Positions 36,948 to 47,313 of a DNA stretch of 64,000 bases are shown here, piece by piece (the stretch's first letter is position 1; every line of letters starts with the position of its first letter). This stretch comes from an uncultured SAR86 cluster bacterium (GTDB lineage Bacteria; Pseudomonadota; Gammaproteobacteria; Magnimaribacterales; AG-339-G14), in contig CACOBG010000005.1 in assembly GCA_902625415.1 (NCBI GenBank), positions 43,002 to 107,001 of the forward strand, written 5' to 3'. The notes below the pieces were generated by a model. That model saw only the letters and a program-made list of their open reading frames with translations. It did not search any database and was not told the DNA's origin. Both the position numbers and the translations under genes were made by a program.

Positions 36948-37613
36948 TTAATTTCTTGCCCCAAATATAGTCTCACCCAATCTTACTATAGTAGAACCTT
37001 CTTTGATTGCTAATTCGAAATCTCTAGACATTCCCATAGAGATCTCAGTTAGATTCTCATAATTTTCAATTAGCCTATCTGCAAGCATCTTAATTTCCTT
37101 AAAGGTTTGTTGAAGATCTGACAATGCTACATTTGGATTGGGAATAATCATTAATCCACAAATTTTGATTTTTTTTAAGTCAGATAACTCATTTAAAAAA
37201 TTTTCTACTTCTTCCACTCTTATGCCGGATTTTGATTCTTCATTATCTATATTTATTTGTATCAGGCACTTTATACACTTGTCATCTGGGCAATACTTAT
37301 CAATTAACTTAGCAATTTTTAATCTATCAATCGTATGAACCCAGTCGAAATTTTTAGCTATTTCTTCGCATTTATTTGATTGAATATTCCCAATAAAATG
37401 CCAATTAATTTTTAAATCTTTCAGTTTAGAAATCTTTTCCAAAGACTCTTGCAAATAATTTTCTCCAAAATCAGAAATTCCATTTTCATAAGCCTCTGAA
37501 ATTTCTTGCCATGACTTTTTTTTACTAACTGCAACAAGTTTTACATTTTTATCTGTTTTCGAGGCATCTATCTTGGATTGGACTATTTTTATTTTTTCTT
37601 TGATGCTTTCCAT
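36948..37613 (-). CDS. yggS: PLP-homeostasis protein YggS
   Basis: LVAVSKKK (PLP lysine), alanine-racemase-N-like fold pattern and synteny. Confidence 0.9.
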   Translation of the reverse strand: MESIKEKIKIVQSKIDASKTDKNVKLVAVSKKKSWQEISEAYENGISDFGENYLQESLEKISKLKDLKINWHFIGNIQSNKCEEIAKNFDWVHTIDRLKIAKLIDKYCPDDKCIKCLIQINIDNEESKSGIRVEEVENFLNELSDLKKIKICGLMIIPNPNVALSDLQQTFKEIKMLADRLIENYENLTEISMGMSRDFELAIKEGSTIVRLGETIFGARN

Positions 37614-39304
37614 TACATTTTTTCCGGACAGCCAATTCCCAAAATATTAAGACCATTATTTATTATTTCTTTTATTGCAATAGAAAGCGCAATCTTGGCA
37701 TCTGAATAATCTTTATCATCAGAAATAATCTTTTCAGCATTGTAAAAGCTATGAAATTTAGAACTTAAATCCCTTAGGTAAAAACATAACGGATGAAGCT
37801 CATTATTTTTATAGCATTGCTCAAGTATTTCAGGATAGCCATTAACCAACGATATGATTTCTTTTTCAGTCTCTTTTAATATACTTAACTTTTCTAATGA
37901 TTCTTTAAGGTTGAAATCTATTTTTCTTTTTTTTAGCTCTTTTTTTAAACTGCAAATCCTCGCATGAGCATACTGGATATAATAAACGTGATTATCTTTG
38001 TTTGTTTTTTTAGCTAAATCTATATCAAATTCTAGGGCTTGCTCAGGCTTTCTCGCCAAGAAATAATATCTAGCCGAATCGATACCAACTTCATCTACCA
38101 GATCAGATAACTCAACAAATTCTCCAGATCTTGTAGACATTTGGACCTTTTGCCCTTTCTCTTTGAGAGAAACAAACTGTATGAGCAGAGTTTTAAGCTT
38201 TTTAGCGTCTAAACCTAAGGATTCAATGGATGCCTTTACTCTGGGAATATAACCATGATGGTCTGCTCCCCAAATATTTATGATTTCATCAAAATCCCTA
38301 TCATACTTATCCTTGTGATAAGCAATATCCGATGCAAAATATGTGGGCTCTTCATTGTCTCTTATTAGGACTCTGTCCTTTTCATCACCATAATTAGTAG
38401 ATTTGAACCATAAAGCGCCATCTTTTTTTTCTACTTCATTATTTTTTAAATTTTTTATGCTTTTTTGAATCAGATCTTTTTCATACAAGCTTGATTCATT
38501 GAACCAGTTGTCATATTCAACTTGAAAAACCTCCAAATCCTTTTTTATTTCATCTGTCTGAAGCTCAATGACGTAGTTTGCTAATTCTAAAAAATTTTCA
38601 TACGTTGCATCTACATACTCAAACCATTCGTTGAGCGTTTCAAAGAAAAGATTGTCATCCTTTTTGACAAGATATTTTCCTTTAAAATGCTTTTTTGCTT
38701 TCGCAGCAAGATCTTTTATGTATTCTCCTGCATAACAACCTTCAGGTAATACAATCTTTTTATTATCCAATTCTTGCATTCTAATAAAGACACTCAAACC
38801 CAAAGTTTTGGCCTGAAGACCTCTATCGTTTACATAATATTCTTGGGTTACTTCATTTCCCGCTACTTTTAATAGATTTGCTAAAGCTGAACCAAAGGCT
38901 GCAGATCTTCCATGTCCGACATGGATGGGACCAGTTGGATTGCTGGAAACATATTCCAAAAGAATTTTTTTTGGTTCTTTTTCTATTAATAGGCCATTGA
39001 AATCTTTCAAGGCATAATTTTTTATTTGACTAAAAAATAAATCCTCCTTAAGAAAAATATTTATAAATCCAGCTCCGGCAACTTCTACCTTTTCTGAATA
39101 ATCTAATCCTTCAAGAGCACTGATAATTTCAATCGCAATTTCACGCGGATTCTTTTTCATTTCTTTAGCCATAATCAAGGCTATATTTGAAGACCAATCT
39201 CCATGTAGTGCATCTTGAGGCTTTGTAACTTGAAAGTTTCCAGCGAACTCTGGAAAAATTTTTAAAGAGGCTTTTTGTAAAGAGCTAAAAATTTCATCCT
39301 TCAT
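37613..39304 (-). CDS. argS: arginine--tRNA ligase
   Basis: SSNPTGPIHVGHGR, MSTRSG (KMSK-like) and a C-terminal Met; 563 aa. Confidence 0.95.
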   Translation of the reverse strand: MKDEIFSSLQKASLKIFPEFAGNFQVTKPQDALHGDWSSNIALIMAKEMKKNPREIAIEIISALEGLDYSEKVEVAGAGFINIFLKEDLFFSQIKNYALKDFNGLLIEKEPKKILLEYVSSNPTGPIHVGHGRSAAFGSALANLLKVAGNEVTQEYYVNDRGLQAKTLGLSVFIRMQELDNKKIVLPEGCYAGEYIKDLAAKAKKHFKGKYLVKKDDNLFFETLNEWFEYVDATYENFLELANYVIELQTDEIKKDLEVFQVEYDNWFNESSLYEKDLIQKSIKNLKNNEVEKKDGALWFKSTNYGDEKDRVLIRDNEEPTYFASDIAYHKDKYDRDFDEIINIWGADHHGYIPRVKASIESLGLDAKKLKTLLIQFVSLKEKGQKVQMSTRSGEFVELSDLVDEVGIDSARYYFLARKPEQALEFDIDLAKKTNKDNHVYYIQYAHARICSLKKELKKRKIDFNLKESLEKLSILKETEKEIISLVNGYPEILEQCYKNNELHPLCFYLRDLSSKFHSFYNAEKIISDDKDYSDAKIALSIAIKEIINNGLNILGIGCPEKM

Positions 39305-39870
39305 TTATTGACTCTTCCCTGATATTCCATACTTCTTGTATCGACTGAAATGAAATCTCCCGGAGAAATGAATAGGGGAACTTTTATTTCAATTCCATTT
39401 TCTAAAATAGCTGGTTTGAATGTATTTGTTGCTGTATCTCCTTTTAATCCGGGATCTGTATTTTTTACAGAAATATCAACAAAATTTTCAATTTCAACTG
39501 TGATTAAAGTATCTTCCCAAAAAATAATTTCGTAGTTAGCTCCTTCTTTCATCCAAACTACTTGCTTTTCAATTTTTGATTGATCGCATTCAAACTGTTC
39601 GTAATTTACTGTATCCATAAAAACAATTTTATTATCTTGTTGATAAAGGAATTGCATTTCCTTGCTTGAAATTTCTGCTTTTTCAACAGATTCTCCAGTT
39701 TTAAAAGTTTTTTCTAAAACTCTATTAGATAAGAGATCTCTGTATTTTATTCTCATCACTGCCTGTCCTTTTCCTGGCTTATGAAACTCATGTTCAATGA
39801 TTTCACATGGAGATTTATCTAGAATTATTTTTAACCCTTGTTTAAATTCATTTGTACTAATTTGAGTCAT
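39301..39870 (-). CDS. efp: elongation factor P
   Basis: HKPGKGQAVMRIKYRDL (Lys-type modification loop); 189 aa. Confidence 0.9.
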   Translation of the reverse strand: MTQISTNEFKQGLKIILDKSPCEIIEHEFHKPGKGQAVMRIKYRDLLSNRVLEKTFKTGESVEKAEISSKEMQFLYQQDNKIVFMDTVNYEQFECDQSKIEKQVVWMKEGANYEIIFWEDTLITVEIENFVDISVKNTDPGLKGDTATNTFKPAILENGIEIKVPLFISPGDFISVDTRSMEYQGRVNK

Positions 39871-39952
39871 TTTGTTATTTCTAAGTCTTACCTTTTTAAA
39901 AAGAATAATACAAGTTGCAAATATCTTGTTTTAGCCATAAAGTTTCTGTCTT

Positions 39953-39989
39953 ATGGTCGAAACATTGGTAGTTTTAGACCATTTTTTTT
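39953..39989 (+). promoter_or_regulatory. hairpin plus T8 tract in the leader of the TonB2-type operon (attenuator or sRNA terminator candidate)
   Basis: ATGGTC-GAAAC [attggta] GTTTT-a-GACCAT followed by T8 (39982-39989). It ends 32 nt before ATG 40022. A U-tract is present only on the + strand. Confidence 0.4.
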
Positions 39990-40021
39990 GCTTTAATCTT
40001 AAAATAATCAGGGGATTAATA

Positions 40022-40789
40022 ATGTTTACAACTAAGTTAAATAGGGCAATTTTAACGTTTTTTTTATTAACTGCATCATTATATTTAAGTGCTCAACTTG
40101 AGCCTATATTAGAGGTTAATAGTGAAAGGGCGCTTCTTGCTCAAGCTTCTCAACAAAAAATAGATTCTTTTCAAGAAAAAACGGACAGAGATTCTGCTGA
40201 ATACAAAAGTGTAAGTAAGCAAATCGAAGGATTGAAAGTCTACAACGCTCAGAAAAGAAAACAAATCAAACGTCAGGTTGAGAGGATGAAAGAGATTGAA
40301 AAAACTATGAAAGACTCAACTGTTTTGCAACGTCAAATTCCCCCGTTAGCAAGAAGAATGTTTGAAGGTTTAAAGCAATTTATAGCTCTTGATATCCCCT
40401 TTAGAGCAGGCGAAAGAACAGAAAGATTGTCCTTTATTCAAGCAGCTTTAGATAACCCAGTTGTATCTCCTGCCGAAAAACTTAGACAGGTTTTAGATGG
40501 CTATTCTGTTGAATCCGAATATGGAAGAAAAATAGATACTTATAAAGATACTATCCTGATAAATGATCAAGAGAGAGATGTAAATATTTTAAGAATTGGT
40601 AGATTGGTTCTTGCTTATCAAACATCTGATCTATCTGAAACAGGTATTTATAATAAAGAAACTCAGTCCTGGGAATCTTTACCAGGTAGATACAGAAATT
40701 CAATTAGAGACGGCATAGCAATGGCAAAAAAAGTTAAAACTGTTGATATTTTGGAGTTACCTATTCCAGCTGCGGAGGTGACTCAATGA
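40022..40789 (+). CDS. DUF3450-type periplasmic coiled-coil protein (TtpB-like)
   Basis: Start moved to ATG 40022 (AGGGGA upstream). Signal peptide then coiled-coil sequence, first gene before the MotA/TolQ/ExbB paralogues as in Vibrio TonB2 loci. Confidence 0.75.
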   Translation: MFTTKLNRAILTFFLLTASLYLSAQLEPILEVNSERALLAQASQQKIDSFQEKTDRDSAEYKSVSKQIEGLKVYNAQKRKQIKRQVERMKEIEKTMKDSTVLQRQIPPLARRMFEGLKQFIALDIPFRAGERTERLSFIQAALDNPVVSPAEKLRQVLDGYSVESEYGRKIDTYKDTILINDQERDVNILRIGRLVLAYQTSDLSETGIYNKETQSWESLPGRYRNSIRDGIAMAKKVKTVDILELPIPAAEVTQ

Positions 40790-42159
40790 AATCAAAGTTA
40801 CTAATAATTGTTTTTGCACTATTTCTCCCCCTTTCATTTGCGCAGGAAGAAAAGCCTGACACAGCGCTGTCTTTAGAACAGCTTTTAGAACTTGTTCAAC
40901 AAGGGAAATTTGCAGAATCTGAAGAAGCGACAGAAAGGGAACAAAAATTTGCTAGGGAAAGAAGTCGTCAGGCAACATTGCTTGCAAACGCAAAAGCAGA
41001 AAGGTCTAGGCTTGAGGGAATTGCTACAGAATTAGAGTCAAGATTTGAAGCTAATGATGCCAAACTTGTTGTTTTAGAAGAACAACTTAAAACTAGACTT
41101 GGATCTTTGTACGAAACTTTTGGTCACCTTCAAGGAGTAGCTTCAGATACACAACAACAATTTGAGTCAGCGGTAACTTCTGGACAATTTGGTCAGGATA
41201 GGGAAATTTTCTTGAAAGACCTTGCGAAAAGAATGGGCGAAGGTATTAGTTTGGCTTCTATCGAAGAACTTGAAAGACTTTGGTACGAGTTACAAAGAGA
41301 ATTAATTGCTTCGGGGAATGTTCAAAAATTCCAAGCGACGGTTGTTGATAATGAAGGTCAAACATCTCAGCAAAACGTAGTAAGAGTAGGAAATTTTAAT
41401 GCAGTTACAGAAGGACAATATCTTACTTATCTTCCAGCTCGAGGAGCTTATGAAACTCTTCCAAGACAGCCGGGTAGGTATCTTGGAGGAACATATGACG
41501 TGCATGACACTTCAACAGGTTTTGTTGAGTTTGCAGTAGATCCAACAGGGCCTCAAGGAGGAGCACTACTAACAAATTTAATTTCTTTACCAAGCTTTTT
41601 TGAGCAGATTCAGTATGGAAGAATCACAGGTTATACCATTATCCTTCTCTTTTTATTAGCTACAGGAATTTTTGGCTGGAGAACTTATATCTTGTTTAAT
41701 CTTGACAAAAATGTAAAGAAAGAAGCTTCTGGCTCTAAACAAGGGAATAATCCTCTTTCAAGAATCTTTGATGTTGCCGAACAAAACAAAGGATCAGATG
41801 TTGAGACATTAGAATTAAAATTAGCAGAACAAATATTAGTTGAGAGAGCATCTATAGATACTGGTATTTGGTTAGTTAGATTAATCTCAGTTGTAGCTCC
41901 TTTATTGGGATTATTTGGAACCATTACTGGAATGATAAACACTTTCCAAGCTATTACTTTATTTGGAACTGGCGATCCAAAAACAATGGCAAATGGTATT
42001 TCTGAGGCTCTTGTTACAACTATGCTTGGCTTGATGACTGCTATTCCAGCAACTTTTATGGCTGCTATCATGGCTAATTATGCTAAGAACATACTTACTG
42101 TTCTTGAAGAACAAAGCACAGGAATGGTGGCTGCAGCATCTGAAGAAAACAAAGCTTAA
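40786..42159 (+). CDS. large MotA/TolQ/ExbB-family proton-channel protein (TtpC-like)
   Basis: 457 aa. Long N-terminal periplasmic coiled-coil region and C-terminal APLLGLFGTITGMINTFQAI...GISEALVTTMLGLMTAIPA. Confidence 0.8.
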   Translation: MKSKLLIIVFALFLPLSFAQEEKPDTALSLEQLLELVQQGKFAESEEATEREQKFARERSRQATLLANAKAERSRLEGIATELESRFEANDAKLVVLEEQLKTRLGSLYETFGHLQGVASDTQQQFESAVTSGQFGQDREIFLKDLAKRMGEGISLASIEELERLWYELQRELIASGNVQKFQATVVDNEGQTSQQNVVRVGNFNAVTEGQYLTYLPARGAYETLPRQPGRYLGGTYDVHDTSTGFVEFAVDPTGPQGGALLTNLISLPSFFEQIQYGRITGYTIILLFLLATGIFGWRTYILFNLDKNVKKEASGSKQGNNPLSRIFDVAEQNKGSDVETLELKLAEQILVERASIDTGIWLVRLISVVAPLLGLFGTITGMINTFQAITLFGTGDPKTMANGISEALVTTMLGLMTAIPATFMAAIMANYAKNILTVLEEQSTGMVAAASEENKA

Positions 42160-42164
42160 TAACT

Positions 42165-42689
42165 ATGGCTTTCCTATTTGGATTACAAGATACTCTCCTA
42201 GATTTTTTTGAAAAGGGGGGTGGAGTTGTTGTCTTCATAGGCTTCTTAATTATCTTGATGTGGAGCTTTATTCTGGAGCGTTTTTGGTACTTCAAATACA
42301 TCCATACAGATGTAGAAAAAGATATACAAAACGCCTGGAAAGAAACTCCAGATCGCAAATCATGGTCAGGACATCAAATTAGATCCATGTTGATTTCAAA
42401 AGCAAATGTGAAAATACAAAGTAACTTGGAGTACATTAGAGTAGCCATTGTATTAGCTCCATTATTGGGTTTGTTAGGAACTATTTTAGGAATGATAGAA
42501 GTTTTTCACATCTTAGCTGTTACTGGTGGGGGTGATGCAAAGGCAATGGCTGGCGGCGTGGCTAAATCTACTATCCCGGCAATGGCTGGTTTGATGGCTG
42601 CGATACCCGCAACCTTTGCTTCAAGAATATTGGAACAAAAAGCAAAAAAACAATCGGATTTATTACAGGAACATTTAACTTTTGAGTAA
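42165..42689 (+). CDS. exbB: ExbB/TolQ-family proton channel
   Basis: APLLGLLGTILGMIEVF...MAGLMAAIPA. Confidence 0.85.
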   Translation: MAFLFGLQDTLLDFFEKGGGVVVFIGFLIILMWSFILERFWYFKYIHTDVEKDIQNAWKETPDRKSWSGHQIRSMLISKANVKIQSNLEYIRVAIVLAPLLGLLGTILGMIEVFHILAVTGGGDAKAMAGGVAKSTIPAMAGLMAAIPATFASRILEQKAKKQSDLLQEHLTFE

Positions 42690-42695
42690 AAAAAA

Positions 42696-43106
42696 ATGAG
42701 AAGATCACTAATCAGTCAAGCAGTAGAAGAAAAGGACGAGCCGAATATTACTCCTATGTTGGATGTTGTATTTATTCTTTTGATTTTCTTCATTGTTACT
42801 GCAAACTTTATAAAAGAACCTGGTTTAGAAATCAATAGACCGGACTCAGAGACAGCTGAGGTTACCGAAAATGCTGCGATCCTAATAGCAATTGGCTCCG
42901 CCGGTGAAATATATATGGACGGCAGAAGAATTGATGTAAGGCAGGTTAAAGCAAATGTCATAAGAATGATCGCAGAGAATCCTCAGGGAACAGTTGTCAT
43001 TCAGGCTGACGAAAAATCGACAGCTGATACAATTATTGATGTTATGGATGAAGTAAGAGAAGCTGGAGTAATAGATATATCTATTGCCTCTGAACCTAAT
43101 TTTTAA
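42696..43106 (+). CDS. exbD: ExbD/TolR-family protein
   Basis: ITPMLDVVFILLIFFIV and a periplasmic domain; 136 aa. Confidence 0.85.
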   Translation: MRRSLISQAVEEKDEPNITPMLDVVFILLIFFIVTANFIKEPGLEINRPDSETAEVTENAAILIAIGSAGEIYMDGRRIDVRQVKANVIRMIAENPQGTVVIQADEKSTADTIIDVMDEVREAGVIDISIASEPNF

Positions 43107-43852
43107 TGAGACAATATCTAAGACAACTATTTTTAAACTTTTTAAACAAAGCTTTCACATTGCAGTTAAAGGATGAAAGTTCTTTTTCTTTGAAAAAACT
43201 TATGGTTGACGATAATCCTTACCAAAAGTACGGATTAGCTGCTGCAGGCGGGACTGTAGTTTCTTTTGCTTCAATACTACTGATGGCCTTGTTAATTGCT
43301 ACTGGGGAAGTTTCTTTAGACGATTCAAATCTAAGAAAAATTGTAGATGTGGTAATGCCAGTGAGAGACCCTGAATTAATTGACTCTGTTGAAAGACCAG
43401 AAGAAGCTGAGCCTGAACCTGACCAACTGCCTCCAGAAGTAGATATTGAAAACATAGAAGAGCTACTTGATCAATCAGTTAATCCAAATTTAAACTTCAA
43501 AAGAAGAAGATCCGGAGTTTTTATGGATGGCTCTTATGTGCCTATCTTTCAAGTACCACCGCAATATCCTAGAAGAGCTGCAGAAAGAGGCATAGAAGGG
43601 TGTGTTGTACTTAAATATGTTGTTACCGAGGTAGGGTCTGTAAGAGATCCAGAAGTTGTTCAGTCTATTCCCCAAGGAATTTTTGATAGAGCTGCAATTA
43701 GAGCTGCGTTAAGATATAAATATAAACCTCTCATAAGAGATGGAAATGCAGTTGAAGTTGAAGGTGTAACTCAAAGGATAACTTTCGTTCTTGAGGGAGA
43801 AGGGAAAGGTCCTGGATATATTCCAGAAAACTGTAGAGGTATACAAGGTTAA
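43106..43852 (+). CDS. tonB: energy transducer TonB
   Basis: TM anchor, short acidic/Pro spacer (RPEEAEPEPDQLPPE) and C-terminal PPQYPRRAAERGIEGCVVLKYVV. TAATG coupling to exbD. Confidence 0.8.
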   Translation: MRQYLRQLFLNFLNKAFTLQLKDESSFSLKKLMVDDNPYQKYGLAAAGGTVVSFASILLMALLIATGEVSLDDSNLRKIVDVVMPVRDPELIDSVERPEEAEPEPDQLPPEVDIENIEELLDQSVNPNLNFKRRRSGVFMDGSYVPIFQVPPQYPRRAAERGIEGCVVLKYVVTEVGSVRDPEVVQSIPQGIFDRAAIRAALRYKYKPLIRDGNAVEVEGVTQRITFVLEGEGKGPGYIPENCRGIQG

Positions 43853-43855
43853 GAT

Positions 43856-45244
43856 ATGATTAGAATAATTGTTTTACTTTTTTTATTTTCAAATTTTTCT
43901 TTTTCACAAAACAAAGATAATCCAGAACAAACAAAATTTGACTTTCCAGGTTACACCTTGAAAGGCTGTTTGGGTTCTGAATTATCGAAGCCAAAAAGAC
44001 AAGTAGCTAAATTACCTAGCAAACAAGCTCAAAGGTACTTAAAAGAGCTTTTCCCTTTTTTACAAGCCGAGAACGAAGATCTTGTTAAAGCTAAAAACGT
44101 TCTTAATAAGATGTCATCAGATAATAGCCTCACAGAATCTGATAAGGCTCAAATGTATTACTATTTTGCCTACATAGATTCTGTAAACGATGATCTTAAA
44201 TCTGCTAAGAAAAATTATATAAAATTCCTATCTATTGAAGATGCTGATCCAAGATTAAAATCAAACGTCATTTCTATGTTAGGACAACTTTCTTACTCAG
44301 AAGGCAGTTATAAAACTGCCATAGATTACATGGAACAATGGATTGCTATGGAAAGTAATCCTAGCTCACTGGGTTTTGACATAATTGCAGCGTCATATTG
44401 GCAATTAAAGGATAAAAAGAAAGCTCTAAAGTTTTCTGAAAGAGCTTTATGTGTTGCGAAGGCTAATAAATCAAAACCAAAAGAATCAACATACAACTTA
44501 TTAGTAGCCCTTTACAATGAAAATGAAAGGATTGATGACATGCTCCCATTATTTGAAGAGTTGGTTAGGTTTTATCCTAAGAAAAGATATTGGACACAGC
44601 TTTCAGGGGTTTATGGAGAACTTAAAAAAGAGAAAAAACAACTTTCTTCATTAGAGGCAGCTCATGATCAGAGGCTTTTAGATAAAGAAACCGAGTACGT
44701 TTCTCTTTACCAGTTGCTTATGAGAGCGGAAGCACCTCTTAAGGCTGCAAGAGTCATGCAGTTCGGAATAGAAAAAGAATTTGTGAAAGAAAATGAAAAG
44801 CATCTTAAATACCTTGCTCAAGGTTGGCATATGGCTCAAGAGCTTGATAAAGCAGAACCAGTTTACGAAAAAGCAGCAATGAAATCAGAAGAAGGAGAAT
44901 TGTATGTTTTTCTTGGTCAAATCTACCTAGCTACTGACAGATATAAGAAAGCAAAACAAGCACTTCAGTTAGGTCTTAAAAAAGGAAAATTAAAGGATCC
45001 AGTTACTGTAAATATTCTTTTAGGCCAAGTTGCTTATGAGCTTCAAGACTTTGAAGACGCGACAAAATTTTTCAGAACGGCAATCGATAGATTGTCAGAT
45101 ATCAAAATAAAAGATAAAGAAGCTCGAGAGAAAAAACAAGATAAACTGAGAACCCAAGCCTTAAATTGGCTTACCTATACTGAGAAAGAAAAGAAAAGAG
45201 TTGAAATGCTTCAACTCAGGATCAAAGACCTAGAAGAAAGTTAA
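43856..45244 (+). CDS. TPR-repeat protein (TtpD-like)
   Basis: Signal peptide and repeated TPR-like A..Y..AL helices. Last gene of the TonB2-type cluster. Confidence 0.7.
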   Translation: MIRIIVLLFLFSNFSFSQNKDNPEQTKFDFPGYTLKGCLGSELSKPKRQVAKLPSKQAQRYLKELFPFLQAENEDLVKAKNVLNKMSSDNSLTESDKAQMYYYFAYIDSVNDDLKSAKKNYIKFLSIEDADPRLKSNVISMLGQLSYSEGSYKTAIDYMEQWIAMESNPSSLGFDIIAASYWQLKDKKKALKFSERALCVAKANKSKPKESTYNLLVALYNENERIDDMLPLFEELVRFYPKKRYWTQLSGVYGELKKEKKQLSSLEAAHDQRLLDKETEYVSLYQLLMRAEAPLKAARVMQFGIEKEFVKENEKHLKYLAQGWHMAQELDKAEPVYEKAAMKSEEGELYVFLGQIYLATDRYKKAKQALQLGLKKGKLKDPVTVNILLGQVAYELQDFEDATKFFRTAIDRLSDIKIKDKEAREKKQDKLRTQALNWLTYTEKEKKRVEMLQLRIKDLEES

Positions 45245-45732
45245 ATTCCTTCATAGTCTCTAAAATAAAAGTTAACTTCTTCTTTATCGTCATATCTAAT
45301 GTCTTCGCTAATTAATTTCCATTTATTCCAATCTACTTTTGGGAAGAAAGCATCTCCTAAATATTCTTTATCTACATAGGTAATGTGTAGATATTCACAG
45401 TATTCAAAAAATAGTTCGTAAATATAAGTTCCTCCTATGACGTAGAGATCTTTTTGTTCGGAATTGTTTTTATAGAAATCAATTACATCTTGAGGCGAAT
45501 TAAATACTTCTACAGAATCAATTTTAAGATTTTTATTTTTGCTCAAAACAATATTTTTTCTATTGGGAAGGGGCCTTCCAATAGAGTCAAATGTTTTTCT
45601 ACCCATCACTATCCAATTATTTGAAGTAAGCTCTTTAAATCTTTTCAAATCTTCAGAAATATTCCAAGGTAGTTTGTTTTCATTACCAATGACATTATTC
45701 TTAGAAAGAGCACAAATTAGCTTGATCGACAT
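45241..45732 (-). CDS. folA: dihydrofolate reductase
   Basis: VIGNENKLPWN and VMGRKTFDSIGRPLPNR. Confidence 0.9.
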   Translation of the reverse strand: MSIKLICALSKNNVIGNENKLPWNISEDLKRFKELTSNNWIVMGRKTFDSIGRPLPNRKNIVLSKNKNLKIDSVEVFNSPQDVIDFYKNNSEQKDLYVIGGTYIYELFFEYCEYLHITYVDKEYLGDAFFPKVDWNKWKLISEDIRYDDKEEVNFYFRDYEGI

Positions 45733-46526
45733 TAAACTGAAATTGGCGCAGAAATACCTGGATGGCTTTCATAGTTTAAAATTTCGAAATCTTCATAAGT
45801 AAAATCTTCTAATTTATTTATCTCGGAATTGATTTTGATAGTCGGTAAATTAAAAGGTTTTCTTGATATTTGAAGCCTTGCCTGATCCAAATGATTTAAA
45901 TACAAATGCGCATCGCCCAAAGTATGAACAAATTTACCAGGTTTCAAGTTACAGACTTGAGCAATCATCATCGTTAAGAGAGCATAAGAAGCAATATTAA
46001 AGGGCACTCCAAGGAAGACATCTGCACTTCTCTGATAAAGCTGACATGAGATTTTTGAATCCGCCACGAAAAATTGGAATAAAGCATGACAAGGCGGGAG
46101 AGCCATTTCATCAACCAGTGCAGGATTCCAAGCACTAACAATATGTCTTGTTGAATTTGGATTATTTTGAATACTTTCGACAAGGTTTTTAATCTGATCA
46201 ACCTTTCCACCATTGGGATCTGGCCAAGATCGCCATTGTGCCCCGTAAACCGGACCTAAATCTCCATTTTCATCTGCCCACTCATCCCAAATTGAAACCC
46301 CGTTATCTTTGAGATATTTAATGTTTGTCGAACCAGCTAAGAACCATATTAGTTCGTGGATGATTGATTTTAGATGAACTTTTTTAGTAGTTACTAAGGG
46401 GAACCCTTTTTCTAGATCAAAATGCATTTGGTATCCAAAGATGCTTTTCCTTCCTGTTCCGGTTCTGTCGGATCTCTCTACACCTTCTTCAAGTATTTTT
46501 TCTACTAATTCAAGATACTGTTTCAT
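45732..46526 (-). CDS. thyA: thymidylate synthase
   Basis: [34 protein letters not shown] and [19 protein letters not shown]. Confidence 0.95.
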   Translation of the reverse strand: MKQYLELVEKILEEGVERSDRTGTGRKSIFGYQMHFDLEKGFPLVTTKKVHLKSIIHELIWFLAGSTNIKYLKDNGVSIWDEWADENGDLGPVYGAQWRSWPDPNGGKVDQIKNLVESIQNNPNSTRHIVSAWNPALVDEMALPPCHALFQFFVADSKISCQLYQRSADVFLGVPFNIASYALLTMMIAQVCNLKPGKFVHTLGDAHLYLNHLDQARLQISRKPFNLPTIKINSEINKLEDFTYEDFEILNYESHPGISAPISV

Positions 46527-47313
46527 TATTTTTTTTTAAACTTAAATATATTAAAACTATACCAAAAATTATCATTGGCAATGATAAGAGCTGTCCTCTA
46601 GTAAAAGTATCAAACAAATCAAATCCTATGTGAGAATCGGGGGTTCTAAAATTTTCTGTAATCGATCTAAAAGTGCCATATAAAAGCAAGAACATTCCCG
46701 ATAAAAGCATTTTTGGCGGATTTTTCTTTGCGACTAAAAATAAAATAATAAACATTACAAGACCTTCAAAAAATGCTTGATAAAGTTGAGAGGGATGTCT
46801 TACAAGACTCAAAGGATCATTTGAATAAATAATTCCCCAAGGCATTTCAGTTGGTCTTCCAAGAAGCTCTCCTCCCAAAAAATTTCCAATTCTCACAGAA
46901 CCCAAACCTAATGGTAGGTAAATAGCCATATGATCTGATAAATCAAAAAAAGAAATTTTCCGGTTTTCTGAAAAAATTAAAAAGCTTGTTAGTACGCCAA
47001 GCAACCCTCCGTGAAATGACAAACCTCCCTCCCAAATTCTAAAAAGAGCCATTGGATCCCTAATAAGGTTTTCAAATCCATAAAAGAACATATAGCCAAT
47101 TCTTCCTCCAATTATTGCTCCCAAAACACCATAGAAAATAAAGTCGTCAATTAGCTTCTTATTAATATCTCCATCAGCAGGTGCATTAAGTCTAGCCATG
47201 TAATTAATTGACAAAATTGCCACTAACCAAGAAATTCCATACCAATAGATTGGCCACCAACCAAAAAATGGAAGAGGGATATAAAATGCTATGGGATCTA
47301 TTTCTACAGTCAT
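46510..47313 (-). CDS. lgt: prolipoprotein diacylglyceryl transferase
   Basis: [13 protein letters not shown] and [14 protein letters not shown]. Confidence 0.9.
   Translation of the reverse strand: MTVEIDPIAFYIPLPFFGWWPIYWYGISWLVAILSINYMARLNAPADGDINKKLIDDFIFYGVLGAIIGGRIGYMFFYGFENLIRDPMALFRIWEGGLSFHGGLLGVLTSFLIFSENRKISFFDLSDHMAIYLPLGLGSVRIGNFLGGELLGRPTEMPWGIIYSNDPLSLVRHPSQLYQAFFEGLVMFIILFLVAKKNPPKMLLSGMFLLLYGTFRSITENFRTPDSHIGFDLFDTFTRGQLLSLPMIIFGIVLIYLSLKKNNETVS

Noticed and set aside
39895-39935. Possible Fur box upstream of the TonB2-type operon
   Set aside because: There are only weak, AT-rich partial matches to GATAATGATAATCATTATC (for example GAATAATACAAGTTGCAAATATC), not distinguishable from background in this AT-rich spacer.
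39953-40021. N-terminal extension (MVETLVVLDHFFCFNLKIIRGLI) of the DUF3450 ORF
   Set aside because: The signal peptide starts at the ATG at 40022, which has an AGGGGA ribosome-binding site. The extension coincides with the hairpin/T8 element and looks non-coding.
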